The notes under the pieces: model-generated | The model's input: the letters and a program-made list of their open reading frames with translations, nothing else | The model's database searches: none | Told to the model about the DNA's origin: nothing | Translations under genes and position numbers: made by a program | NCBI GenBank assembly: GCA_963666345.1 | Contig: OY762721.1 | Coordinates: forward strand, 160,001 to 224,000 | From: Desulfatiglandales bacterium | Lineage (GTDB): Bacteria; Desulfobacterota; DSM-4660; Desulfatiglandales; Desulfatiglandaceae | DNA: 64,000 nucleotides | Direction: 5' to 3' | Shown here: positions 35,456 through 44,074 of the stretch, piece by piece | Position numbering within the stretch: position 1 is the stretch's first letter | Layout of the letters: every line of letters begins with the position of its first letter

Positions 35456-36424
35456 CTATTTTAATACGCCCTTTTCTTTGTAGAATTTGACCGCACCGTC
35501 ATGAAGAGGAATAGGGACCTTGTACGCAGCATCAAGGGTTATTTTTTTGTATTTCACATGGATATTGTCGATATCGCTCTTGTTATCCCAAAAGGCCCTG
35601 AGAAGATTATAAACCAGTTCCTTATCCAGATGTGTCGTGGTGTTGATTACTCCCATCCATGAAAGCACTTCAATGGGACTGTCCTGATCCTTGTAGATAT
35701 CGGCAGGGATCTGCCTGGGGACATAATAGGGATACTTGCTGTTTATCTTCTTCATCATATCTTCTTCTATATTTATAAACCTCACCTCTCTGGCGGTTTG
35801 AAGGTCCATTACTCCAGGCGCCGGAGTGCCCACCGCAAACATTCCTATATCCAGGTTCCCGTCCTTCAGTCCCTGTACCTGCTCGGCAATTGAAAGGAAC
35901 TTTGGATCGATATCGTCATAGGTTATCCCATACTCGGCAAGGATCAGCTTATTCATGATTTCTATACCGCTTCCGGGTGCCCCCAGGCCCACCTTTTTAC
36001 CCTTAAGGTCATAAAGGGACTTGATGGGAGATTCCTTCGGCACGACGATAATTTCATCTATCGGATAGAGGGACATCAAGGATCGCAAGGCCCCGAAAGG
36101 TTTCTCTTTTTCAAACTTTGCGATACCCTTGTATGCCCAGAAGGTCACATCAGGCATCATAAATGCCATATCTGTCTGTTTTTTCAACAGGGCACGCGTA
36201 TTTTCTATCGAGGCCCCGGATGGATAGGCTGTCGCCTGCACCCCTTCTATATTCTTGCTGATTAGATTGGCCCAGGCCCCTCCCAATGGGTACCATGTTC
36301 CGGCGGTTCCTGCGGTAGCAATGGAAAGCCTTGTTGTTGCGTTTACCGCACCAGCCGTAGCCAAAAACAGAAAAAGAGTTAACAACGCAAAAAAACCTAG
36401 AAACCTTCTGCTCGTAAATCGCAT
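35456..36424 (-). CDS. TAXI family TRAP solute-binding protein
   Basis: Signal peptide, ATAGTAGTWYPLG, SGASIEN, DLKGKKV.LGAPGSG and IPLHDGAVKFY. Confidence 0.93.
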   Translation of the reverse strand: MRFTSRRFLGFFALLTLFLFLATAGAVNATTRLSIATAGTAGTWYPLGGAWANLISKNIEGVQATAYPSGASIENTRALLKKQTDMAFMMPDVTFWAYKGIAKFEKEKPFGALRSLMSLYPIDEIIVVPKESPIKSLYDLKGKKVGLGAPGSGIEIMNKLILAEYGITYDDIDPKFLSIAEQVQGLKDGNLDIGMFAVGTPAPGVMDLQTAREVRFINIEEDMMKKINSKYPYYVPRQIPADIYKDQDSPIEVLSWMGVINTTTHLDKELVYNLLRAFWDNKSDIDNIHVKYKKITLDAAYKVPIPLHDGAVKFYKEKGVLK

Positions 36425-36451
36425 AGGGACCTCCTTTTGGACAAAAATGGT

Positions 36452-36505
36452 TTATATCGCCCTATCTTGTAACAACCCCTTGATTGTGTTATTTGCCACC
36501 GGCAT
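36452..36505 (-). CDS. Possible 17 aa upstream mini-ORF (MPVANNTIKGLLQDRAI)
   Basis: Near-perfect SD AAAGGAGGTGA directly before ATG 36505; TAA at 36452. Confidence 0.3.
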   Translation of the reverse strand: MPVANNTIKGLLQDRAI

Positions 36506-36652
36506 TATCACCTCCTTTCAAAAGGCCTTTTTCAAAGAAATAATTAATGGAAATCTCATGAAACATCCTGCTGCCAATGAGTCAGTTAATCGGGGAAAAA
36601 GGCAAAATCCGTTTAAATACAATATCAAAAGACATCCCGAAATACTTTTTTT

Positions 36653-38023
36653 CTATGGCTCATAGACCTTTTCAAAAATAGGTGTTTTCCGAGTCTCTTT
36701 CGGAAGAGTTCCAGGTGGTACCAATTCGATTTCAGGCCGAACCTTTATTGAGTGGTGAAGGGCATCCCCTATCCTCTTTTGCAAGCCGGGGAAATCCTGC
36801 TTACCGATTTCTTTTCCATGCTCAATTTTCACCTTCAACGGGGGTACAACCCTTGGAGGGGGTGCATTTAGGACTACTCGCATTTCGCCTGTTACTTCAG
36901 GTGAGAAGGTGGATACGATATTTTTTATAGAAACAGGATATATGTTTACCCCTTTTACTATAAGCATGTCATCCGACCGACCGATCAGTTTGGCGCGTCT
37001 TCCCTTAAATCCGCATCCGGGGCATTCTTCTGTGAAAATCTGCACGATATCTCCATATGCGTATTTTATGGCCGGGCATGCCTGTCTCTCAAGAGACGTG
37101 TGAACCATTTCACCGATCGCCCCGTCCACATCAGCATCTACAGGCTCTTTGGTGACAGGGTCGACCAGGTCCTCATAACTGGTGCAGACATCAGGAGCAA
37201 CCGCGTGGAGGCCATGGTATTCGTATGAATCACAGGAAATCCCCATGGCGTTACCGCATGGAGACCAATAGTCCCACACCCTGCAACCATAGGCGGATTC
37301 CAGTTTCTCTTTGATTTCAGGGATGGAAATACCAACCTCGCCGCATGTCAAAAGGCCCTTCAGACCGATTTCTCCCACCTCCTTTTTCATGGCTCTCGGG
37401 TATTTATCGATCAGAAACTCGGCCAGAGACGGTGTGCATGCCAGGTAAGTAGGCCTTGTAAGGTTGATGAATTGCATCAGGAGATCGGTGCCCGCCCTTG
37501 CGTCTATATCAATAGGAAGGGCCCCAAGTTCCCTCAGACCCCAAAGTGTCATGGTGGTGGCATAGATACCGAGAGCGAAAAAGAACACGACCCTGTCCCC
37601 CCTGCCCACACCTGCAAGTGAAAGTCTGTGCCCCAGTTGTTTGCCTATAAAATCAAGGTCTTTTTTGGTAAATGTGTAACTGAAGGTAGGTATTCCGGTT
37701 GTCCCGGAGGTAGTTCCTGTGAGGTAAATATCCTCAGGTTTCGCGCACAGGTGCATTCCGAACGGATGCCCCAGCTTTTCCAGAGATTCCTGAGCGCTTT
37801 TCCGTTCATCATCCTTCACCATGAACACAGGAAGTCTTCTCAGGTCTTCAATTGTCCTTATGTCTTCGGGTAATGCCCCTGCCTCATCAAACTTTCTACG
37901 GTAAAATTCGGAATTATCGTAGCAGTATCTAAGCTGTGGAACAAGTTTTATCTCCTGGTAATGTCTTATCTCCTCCGCCGACATCCCGTTCAATTGGTTT
38001 TCCAGATAGAAATCCTTTTCCAT
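36653..38023 (-). CDS. Phenylacetate--CoA ligase family (PaaK-like) AMP-forming ligase
   Basis: TTSGTTGIP, TPS, GE, YAYGD, GRSDDMLIVKGVNIYP and C-terminal K. Start ATG 38023 after AAGGAG (track start 38101). Confidence 0.88.
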   Translation of the reverse strand: MEKDFYLENQLNGMSAEEIRHYQEIKLVPQLRYCYDNSEFYRRKFDEAGALPEDIRTIEDLRRLPVFMVKDDERKSAQESLEKLGHPFGMHLCAKPEDIYLTGTTSGTTGIPTFSYTFTKKDLDFIGKQLGHRLSLAGVGRGDRVVFFFALGIYATTMTLWGLRELGALPIDIDARAGTDLLMQFINLTRPTYLACTPSLAEFLIDKYPRAMKKEVGEIGLKGLLTCGEVGISIPEIKEKLESAYGCRVWDYWSPCGNAMGISCDSYEYHGLHAVAPDVCTSYEDLVDPVTKEPVDADVDGAIGEMVHTSLERQACPAIKYAYGDIVQIFTEECPGCGFKGRRAKLIGRSDDMLIVKGVNIYPVSIKNIVSTFSPEVTGEMRVVLNAPPPRVVPPLKVKIEHGKEIGKQDFPGLQKRIGDALHHSIKVRPEIELVPPGTLPKETRKTPIFEKVYEP

Positions 38024-38780
38024 TTTGAGAGCTCCTTGATGAACGTTCTTTGAACCTCCCGAATACCGACTGCATCTTTGATTTTTCAGCCATCTTTCCA
38101 CCCACTTCCAGAATATGTTTCATACACAGATCGGAAGCGTGCCGGAAATCCCGTTTTTCCAATAGGTTGATAATCTCCAGGTGCTCCTTCATGGTCGTCT
38201 TGAACATCGATATGGAAGGCTGCGCTATTTCGAAAAAAGGGATAGAAAGTCCTACAACCAGCTTATGGGTCATACTCAAGACGGGATTTTCCGCCAGCTC
38301 GACAATTATTCGGTGAAATTCGAAATTGGCTGACAACCGCCTGTCATGTTTCTCCGCCCTGTAGTACTGCTCGGCCAGTTCCATGTTGGCTCTCATTCGC
38401 GCTATATCTTCATCTGTAATTTTTGAAGAAATAAATTTGCTTATAACGATTCCTTCAATCGCTGCCCTAGCCTCGGATAGCTGTTGAATGGTCAGATTTG
38501 ACATCCGCAACGCGTTTTCGATCTGATCAACGACTTCATTGATATCCGGTTCCTTTATATAGGCACCTCCCGTGCTTCCCTGACGAACCTCGATTACACC
38601 CGACTGTTCAAGCGACCTGATAGCTTCCCTTACGGTCACCCGACTTACTCCGAATATCTCAACGAGTTCTTTTTCGGGGGGGAGTTTGTCATTAGGACCA
38701 AGGTCTCCTCTTACTATCGCCTCCATCACCTGACTGGCGATTTCCTCATACATCCTTTTCTGTTTTAGTTTTCGAAACAT
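37929..38780 (-). CDS. GntR/FadR family transcriptional regulator
   Basis: KLPPEKEL...FGVSRVTVREA HTH, GSTGGAYI, and FCD domain N..FH. Confidence 0.92.
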   Translation of the reverse strand: MFRKLKQKRMYEEIASQVMEAIVRGDLGPNDKLPPEKELVEIFGVSRVTVREAIRSLEQSGVIEVRQGSTGGAYIKEPDINEVVDQIENALRMSNLTIQQLSEARAAIEGIVISKFISSKITDEDIARMRANMELAEQYYRAEKHDRRLSANFEFHRIIVELAENPVLSMTHKLVVGLSIPFFEIAQPSISMFKTTMKEHLEIINLLEKRDFRHASDLCMKHILEVGGKMAEKSKMQSVFGRFKERSSRSSQNGKGFLSGKPIERDVGGGDKTLPGDKTCSTA

Positions 38781-38792
38781 ACACCAAACCTC

Positions 38793-38845
38793 ATGTTATA
38801 AAATAATATGTTATACATTTAAATATATACCCATATCCATGTCAA
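38793..38845 (-). promoter_or_regulatory. Putative promoter and tandem GntR operator sites
   Basis: TTGACA at 38845-38840 (minus). ATGTTATA repeated at 38793 and 38808; the second copy ATGTTATACAT is near-palindromic. Confidence 0.55.
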
Positions 38846-39175
38846 GCACAATTTTAGTCAGTGCGTCTCCTAGTTCAACTTTCCGGATGCATCACTCAGA
38901 TACAATTCAAGCAAAATGGAAAACGCCTCTGGATTTCCGGGCATCGGGGGATTATTTTAGGTCCAAGGCCCCTAAAACACACGACTGAGGTGCATTCCCT
39001 ATATTCAGAAAAGCACCTCTTGTTGATGAATCGGGGAATGAATGCCCGACTTGACATGCAATGTTTTATAGCTACTCTTTAATAGAATAGCTTTCAAAAA
39101 TAACTAACCTGTAAAAAGGTATATTAATATTATTCCATTTTATCTTTTCATGATAACTTCCCCCAGGATAACCTA

Positions 39176-40024
39176 ATGACGGAATATATTTCAAACCATG
39201 AAGCTGCCATCAGGCTATCCTTTTTCTTCGGCATTCTCCTTGTAATCGCCATTCTTGAAATTCGCCGTCCCAGGAGGTCCCTTACCACTTCCAAGGCCAG
39301 TAGGTGGTTCGGGAATCTGGGGGTCGTAGTGATAGGATCCGCAGCATTGCGCGTGGTTTTTCCTATTACAGCCGTTCAACTCGCCATTGTGGTAAATGAA
39401 AAGGGATGGGGCATATTCAATGCCGGTGATCTGCCATACTGGCTGACAGTGGTTTTATCGATTGTTATACTGGATTTCATCATATACCTTCAGCATGTCA
39501 TGTTCCACGCCGTGCCCACCCTGTGGCGTCTTCACATGATGCACCATGCTGATCTGGACTTCGACCTGACAACAGGTATACGTTTTCACCCCATTGAAAT
39601 TCTCATATCCATGCTGATAAAATTTTCAGCCATATTAGTGCTCGGGGCGCCTGTTCTCTCAGTGATCTTTTTTGAGATCATTTTAAACGGCATGGCCATG
39701 TTCAACCATGGCAACTTCAACCTCCCCCTAGGTCTGGATCGCATCTTGAGACTTCTTGTAGTAACACCCGACATGCACAGGGTTCACCATTCGGTTTTTC
39801 CGAGCGAGACAAATTCAAACTACGGATTCAACCTATCCTGGTGGGACAGACTTATGGGCACCTACCGAGCCCAGCCGCGCCTTGGACACACGGAGATGAC
39901 AATCGGTCTTAATCAATTCAGGGACCCGTCAAAATTGAACCTCTTGTGGATGCTCATACTGCCATTTACAGGCAGACAGGGCGCCTATGCCATAAACCGC
40001 AGAGGGGCAAAGGATAAAAAATGA
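39176..40024 (+). CDS. Sterol desaturase / fatty acid hydroxylase superfamily membrane protein
   Basis: His boxes HVMFH, HMMHH and HRVHH; RFHPIE; NYG...WDRLMGT. Confidence 0.9.
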   Translation: MTEYISNHEAAIRLSFFFGILLVIAILEIRRPRRSLTTSKASRWFGNLGVVVIGSAALRVVFPITAVQLAIVVNEKGWGIFNAGDLPYWLTVVLSIVILDFIIYLQHVMFHAVPTLWRLHMMHHADLDFDLTTGIRFHPIEILISMLIKFSAILVLGAPVLSVIFFEIILNGMAMFNHGNFNLPLGLDRILRLLVVTPDMHRVHHSVFPSETNSNYGFNLSWWDRLMGTYRAQPRLGHTEMTIGLNQFRDPSKLNLLWMLILPFTGRQGAYAINRRGAKDKK

Positions 40025-40155
40025 TCCCGCCCACCAAATCAAGGCCTAAGACAGGCTCAAGACAATAAAAGGCTACGGCCCGCAGGAAACGGTCTTCCTT
40101 AAGTGAAATAAAAGGGTTTCAAGACTTTGCGGCAGGAGGCCTCAACTACCCGGCC

Positions 40156-41685
40156 TTACACAAGCATCTTCCGATCCAGGGTGCGGTACTGGATGGCCTC
40201 GGCTACGTGGTCCGCGCCTATTTCGACGCTTTCCTCCAGATCCGCGATTGTCCTTGCGATTTTAAGGATTCTGGCATGGGCCCTTGCGCTCAAGGCGAAT
40301 TTCTCCATCGCCCTTTCTATAAGATTGTTTGATTCATCATCAGTCACGCAGAAGCGCCTTATCTGGCGGCTGTTCATTGTGGCGTTTATGTGGATACCAG
40401 ATCTTTTAAACCTCTTCTGCTGAAGGCTTCGCGCCCTGACCACCCTATCAAGGACCTCAGCCGAGGAGTCTCCCTGCTCAAGGCCTGAGAGATCTTTAAA
40501 AGGCACACTCGGGACCTCCAGGTGGATATCTATCCTGTCCAGAAGCGGGCCTGAGATCTTTGATCTGTACCTCTGAATCTGTAGAAAAGAGCAGGTGCAG
40601 TCCCTCTTCGGATCACCCAGATAACCGCACGGGCATGGATTCATTGCCGCAACCAGCATAAACGAGGACGGATAGGTTACGGTTGAACTGGCACGGGCGA
40701 TCGTAACGGCCCCATCCTCTATGGGCTGCCTGAGTACCTCCAGAACATTTTTCCTGAATTCCGGCAATTCATCCAGAAAAAGGACCCCGTTGTGGGCAAG
40801 GCTTACCTCCCCCGGCTTAGGATTCTGCCCCCCACCTATAAGGCCGGCATCGGAAATGGTATGATGAGGCGAACGAAAAGGCCTGAGTCTTACAAGCCCC
40901 TTTCCTTTCGGCATAAGCCCCATGATGCTGTAAACCTTTGACGTCTCGAGGGCCTCTTCGAATGACAGTTCAGGTGTAATAGTAGGTAGACGTCTTGCCA
41001 GCATAGTCTTGCCTGAACCGGGCGGGCCGATCATAATCAGATTGTGCCCTCCCGCAGCGGCTATCTCCATGGCCCTTTTGGCACCTTCCTGGCCCCTGAC
41101 GTCCCTGAAATCAACCTGATATTCAGGCTTTTGAAACAGGGATTGAGGATCGACACTCAGACTGTCTATCCTTGAGTACCCTGCCAGATGATCAATTACA
41201 TCGGAAAAGGTGTCGACAGGATAGATTTTCGTCCCCTCTACAACTGCCGCCTCAGCGGCATTTTCACGGGGCAGAAATATTGATTCTATTCCCATCTCTT
41301 GCGCTGAAATCGCTATAGGCAGAACTCCTCTGACCGGCCGCACAAGACCGTCCAGGGCAAGCTCTCCTAAAAATATGCACCTGCTGAATGAAGAACCGTC
41401 TACCAGCCCGGTAGCGGCCAGGATACCGATGCCCATGGGAAGATCAAAGGCCGCCCCCTCCTTCTTTATATCGGCAGGGGCGAGGTTAACCGTTATCCTG
41501 TCGGCAGGGAAATGATACCCGGAATTCTTAATAGCCGCCTTTACCCTTTCCTTACTCTCTCTAACCGCACCCTCAGGCAGCCCAACGGTTGTAAAAGAAG
41601 GCAATCCCTGGGAGATATCAACCTCGACTTCCACGATATAGGCGTCTATGCCTATAATGGCGCTGCTCAGGACCCTGGAAAGCAT
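40156..41685 (-). CDS. comM: YifB/ComM family Mg-chelatase-like AAA+ ATPase
   Basis: VGLPEGAVRES, ITVNLAPA, GPPGSGKT, PFRSPHH, PGEVSLAHNGVLFLDE and NPCPCG. Confidence 0.93.
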   Translation of the reverse strand: MLSRVLSSAIIGIDAYIVEVEVDISQGLPSFTTVGLPEGAVRESKERVKAAIKNSGYHFPADRITVNLAPADIKKEGAAFDLPMGIGILAATGLVDGSSFSRCIFLGELALDGLVRPVRGVLPIAISAQEMGIESIFLPRENAAEAAVVEGTKIYPVDTFSDVIDHLAGYSRIDSLSVDPQSLFQKPEYQVDFRDVRGQEGAKRAMEIAAAGGHNLIMIGPPGSGKTMLARRLPTITPELSFEEALETSKVYSIMGLMPKGKGLVRLRPFRSPHHTISDAGLIGGGQNPKPGEVSLAHNGVLFLDELPEFRKNVLEVLRQPIEDGAVTIARASSTVTYPSSFMLVAAMNPCPCGYLGDPKRDCTCSFLQIQRYRSKISGPLLDRIDIHLEVPSVPFKDLSGLEQGDSSAEVLDRVVRARSLQQKRFKRSGIHINATMNSRQIRRFCVTDDESNNLIERAMEKFALSARAHARILKIARTIADLEESVEIGADHVAEAIQYRTLDRKMLV

Positions 41686-42027
41686 TTTTCAGATGCCCTT
41701 ATCCTAATTGTTCCATGTGAAGTGATATGAACCCGCTTTATCCGCAATAATAAAAAAACAACCGGTCAATCCTATGAGATTTTTTCTATTTACATTTTTA
41801 GAAAGAAATTATATAAGAATAAATTTATCCTGAAATAGAAGATATCGAAACAGAAGATTCTGTTTCAGATCCCCCTTTTCTTATTAAGTTTTTTTACCCG
41901 GAATTATCATACTGATGATCTGTTCCCTTATTGTAAAGGGAATGAAAAGATCCGGCTTTTTATCTGTTTTATTAATCTTGGCTTTTTTTATATTAACATA
42001 TTTTTTCAATTTATAGGAGACAAACAT

Positions 42028-42324
42028 ATGGCTCGCATAACCGTAGAGGATTGTCTGAAAAGAGTGGACAATAGATTCGGTTTGATTCACCTTGCGGCAA
42101 AAAGGGTTCGGCAACTCAGAAAAGGGTCAGAGCCTCTTGTTAAATGCAAGAATAAAGATGTCGTTGTAGCGTTAAGAGAGATCGCATCCGGGGATATTTA
42201 TCAATCCCCCGGTGCCCAAGGTTCTGCATTGGAAAATCAACCTGAAATAGACGCTCCTGAACTACCTGAAATCAAATCTCTGGAGGCTGAAACCGACCAA
42301 GAGGAGAAAGATGTTTCTCGGTAA
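42028..42324 (+). CDS. rpoZ: RNA polymerase omega subunit
   Basis: [10 protein letters not shown]...NRF.L...AAKR.RQL...ALREI. AGGAG RBS. Confidence 0.95.
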   Translation: MARITVEDCLKRVDNRFGLIHLAAKRVRQLRKGSEPLVKCKNKDVVVALREIASGDIYQSPGAQGSALENQPEIDAPELPEIKSLEAETDQEEKDVSR

Positions 42325-42327
42325 CAA

Positions 42328-43449
42328 ATGATGGAAAAAAGAGATTACTATGAAGTCCTGGGCGTTTCCAGAAACGCAGGACAAGAAGAAATAAAAAAGG
42401 CATATAGAAAGCTGGCACTCAAATATCACCCGGACAGAAACCCTGAAGACAAGGACGCTGAAGATCTTTTCAAGGAAGCGGCCGAGGCATACGATGTCCT
42501 GAGTGACAATGAAAAAAAACAGGTCTACGACCGATTCGGTCATCAGGGGCTTGAGGGAAGAGGCTTTACAGGTTTCAGCGGGTTCGAAGATATCTTTTCC
42601 AATTTCGGTGACATATTTGAAGATTTTTTCAGCTTCGGAGGCCGCAGGCAGAGAGGCTCAAGGGCAAGACAGGGTAAAAGCCTCAGGTATGATCTTGAAC
42701 TGAGCCTTGACGAGGCATTTTTCGGAATAGAAAAGGAGATCTCTTTTCAAAAATATGAAGGATGCGCGACTTGCGAAGGATCTGGAATGAAGCCGGGCAG
42801 TCAACCTCAAACGTGCCCGACATGCAACGGCAGAGGCCAGGTTATCAGGTCCCAGGGTTTTTTTCAGATCAGCTCAACCTGCCCGTCATGCCACGGACAG
42901 GGACAGATAATTACTGATCCCTGTGAAGACTGTGGGGGGCACGGCAAGGTATCCATTGAAAAAAGCATCAACGTGAAGATCCCTCCCGGAGTCGACACCG
43001 GTTCTCAACTGCGACTTCGAAACGAAGGAGAACCGGGTGAATTGGGTGGACCCTCAGGAGACCTCTTTGTTGTAATATATGTAAAGGAACATGAATTTTT
43101 CCAAAGAGACGGCGACGATCTGCGTTGTCAATTACCTGTTTCATTCGTCCAGGCAGCCCTTGGAGACACCATACAGATACCCATACTCGGTGAAGAAAAA
43201 GGATACAGGCTTGAAATCCCTGCCGGCACCCAGCCTGGAGATACCCTGAGGGTTTCAGGCAAGGGCATGTCGAGTCTCAGGGGAAGGCACAGGAGAGGCA
43301 ATCTTTATGTTCACATAAGCGTAAAAATACCGGAAAGGCTCAACCAGGAACAAAGGGAGCTTCTCGAGGCCTTTGCAAAGACGGAGGAGTTGGATATAAG
43401 CGAAAAAAAAGCTAAAAAAAAGGGCTTTTTAAAAAAGATAATGGCATGA
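42328..43449 (+). CDS. dnaJ: Chaperone DnaJ
   Basis: J domain with HPD, G/F region and four CxxCxGxG repeats. Confidence 0.96.
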   Translation: MMEKRDYYEVLGVSRNAGQEEIKKAYRKLALKYHPDRNPEDKDAEDLFKEAAEAYDVLSDNEKKQVYDRFGHQGLEGRGFTGFSGFEDIFSNFGDIFEDFFSFGGRRQRGSRARQGKSLRYDLELSLDEAFFGIEKEISFQKYEGCATCEGSGMKPGSQPQTCPTCNGRGQVIRSQGFFQISSTCPSCHGQGQIITDPCEDCGGHGKVSIEKSINVKIPPGVDTGSQLRLRNEGEPGELGGPSGDLFVVIYVKEHEFFQRDGDDLRCQLPVSFVQAALGDTIQIPILGEEKGYRLEIPAGTQPGDTLRVSGKGMSSLRGRHRRGNLYVHISVKIPERLNQEQRELLEAFAKTEELDISEKKAKKKGFLKKIMA

Positions 43450-43554
43450 AAGAGGTTTTTAAAGTAACAGGTTAACCCTCTTCACAAGCATTCGGGGTTT
43501 AAGTTTTAATTTACCAGAACCTACAGAATCCATTTAGAACGGGGCGATCAAACC

Positions 43555-43920
43555 ATGTTAAGTGATGAGAAAAAGCAATACTTTAAAGAATTACTCGGTA
43601 CCAGGCTAAACGAACTTTTAAACACAGCGAACAAGACGGTCAGCGGGATGACCGATCAGGGGCAGAATTTTCCAGATCCGACCGACAGGGCTTCAATGGA
43701 ATCAGACAGGAATTTTGAACTCAGGATACGCGACCGCGAACGCAAATTGATAGCAAAGATAAAAGAGGCCCTTGAAAGGATAGAACAGGGGACCTTCGGT
43801 ATTTGTGATGAATGCGGTGAAGATATCTCCGAAGAGAGACTGACAGCACGGCCGGTTACCACGCTATGTATCGAGTGCAAGAAAAAGCAGGAAACGGACG
43901 AGAAGGTAAAGGGATTATGA
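43555..43920 (+). CDS. dksA: RNA polymerase-binding protein DksA
   Basis: PDPTDRA coiled-coil tip; C4 zinc finger CDEC...RL.ARP...CIEC. Confidence 0.94.
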   Translation: MLSDEKKQYFKELLGTRLNELLNTANKTVSGMTDQGQNFPDPTDRASMESDRNFELRIRDRERKLIAKIKEALERIEQGTFGICDECGEDISEERLTARPVTTLCIECKKKQETDEKVKGL

Positions 43921-43955
43921 TCTGATATCCAGCAAACTCCCACGATGTTTCCAGC

Positions 43956-43988
43956 AGGCCGGTTAATGGAAAATGACCGGCCTTTTTT
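43956..43988 (+). terminator. Intrinsic terminator after dksA
   Basis: AGGCCGGTTA...TGACCGGCCT followed by a T run. Confidence 0.75.
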
Positions 43989-44074
43989 ACTCATTGAAGT
44001 TATCTGATGAAAGATATCATTTTCACCCCTGCTTCAGGTTGAAGACCTGAATGGCGTTGTGATAAACTTCTTAT

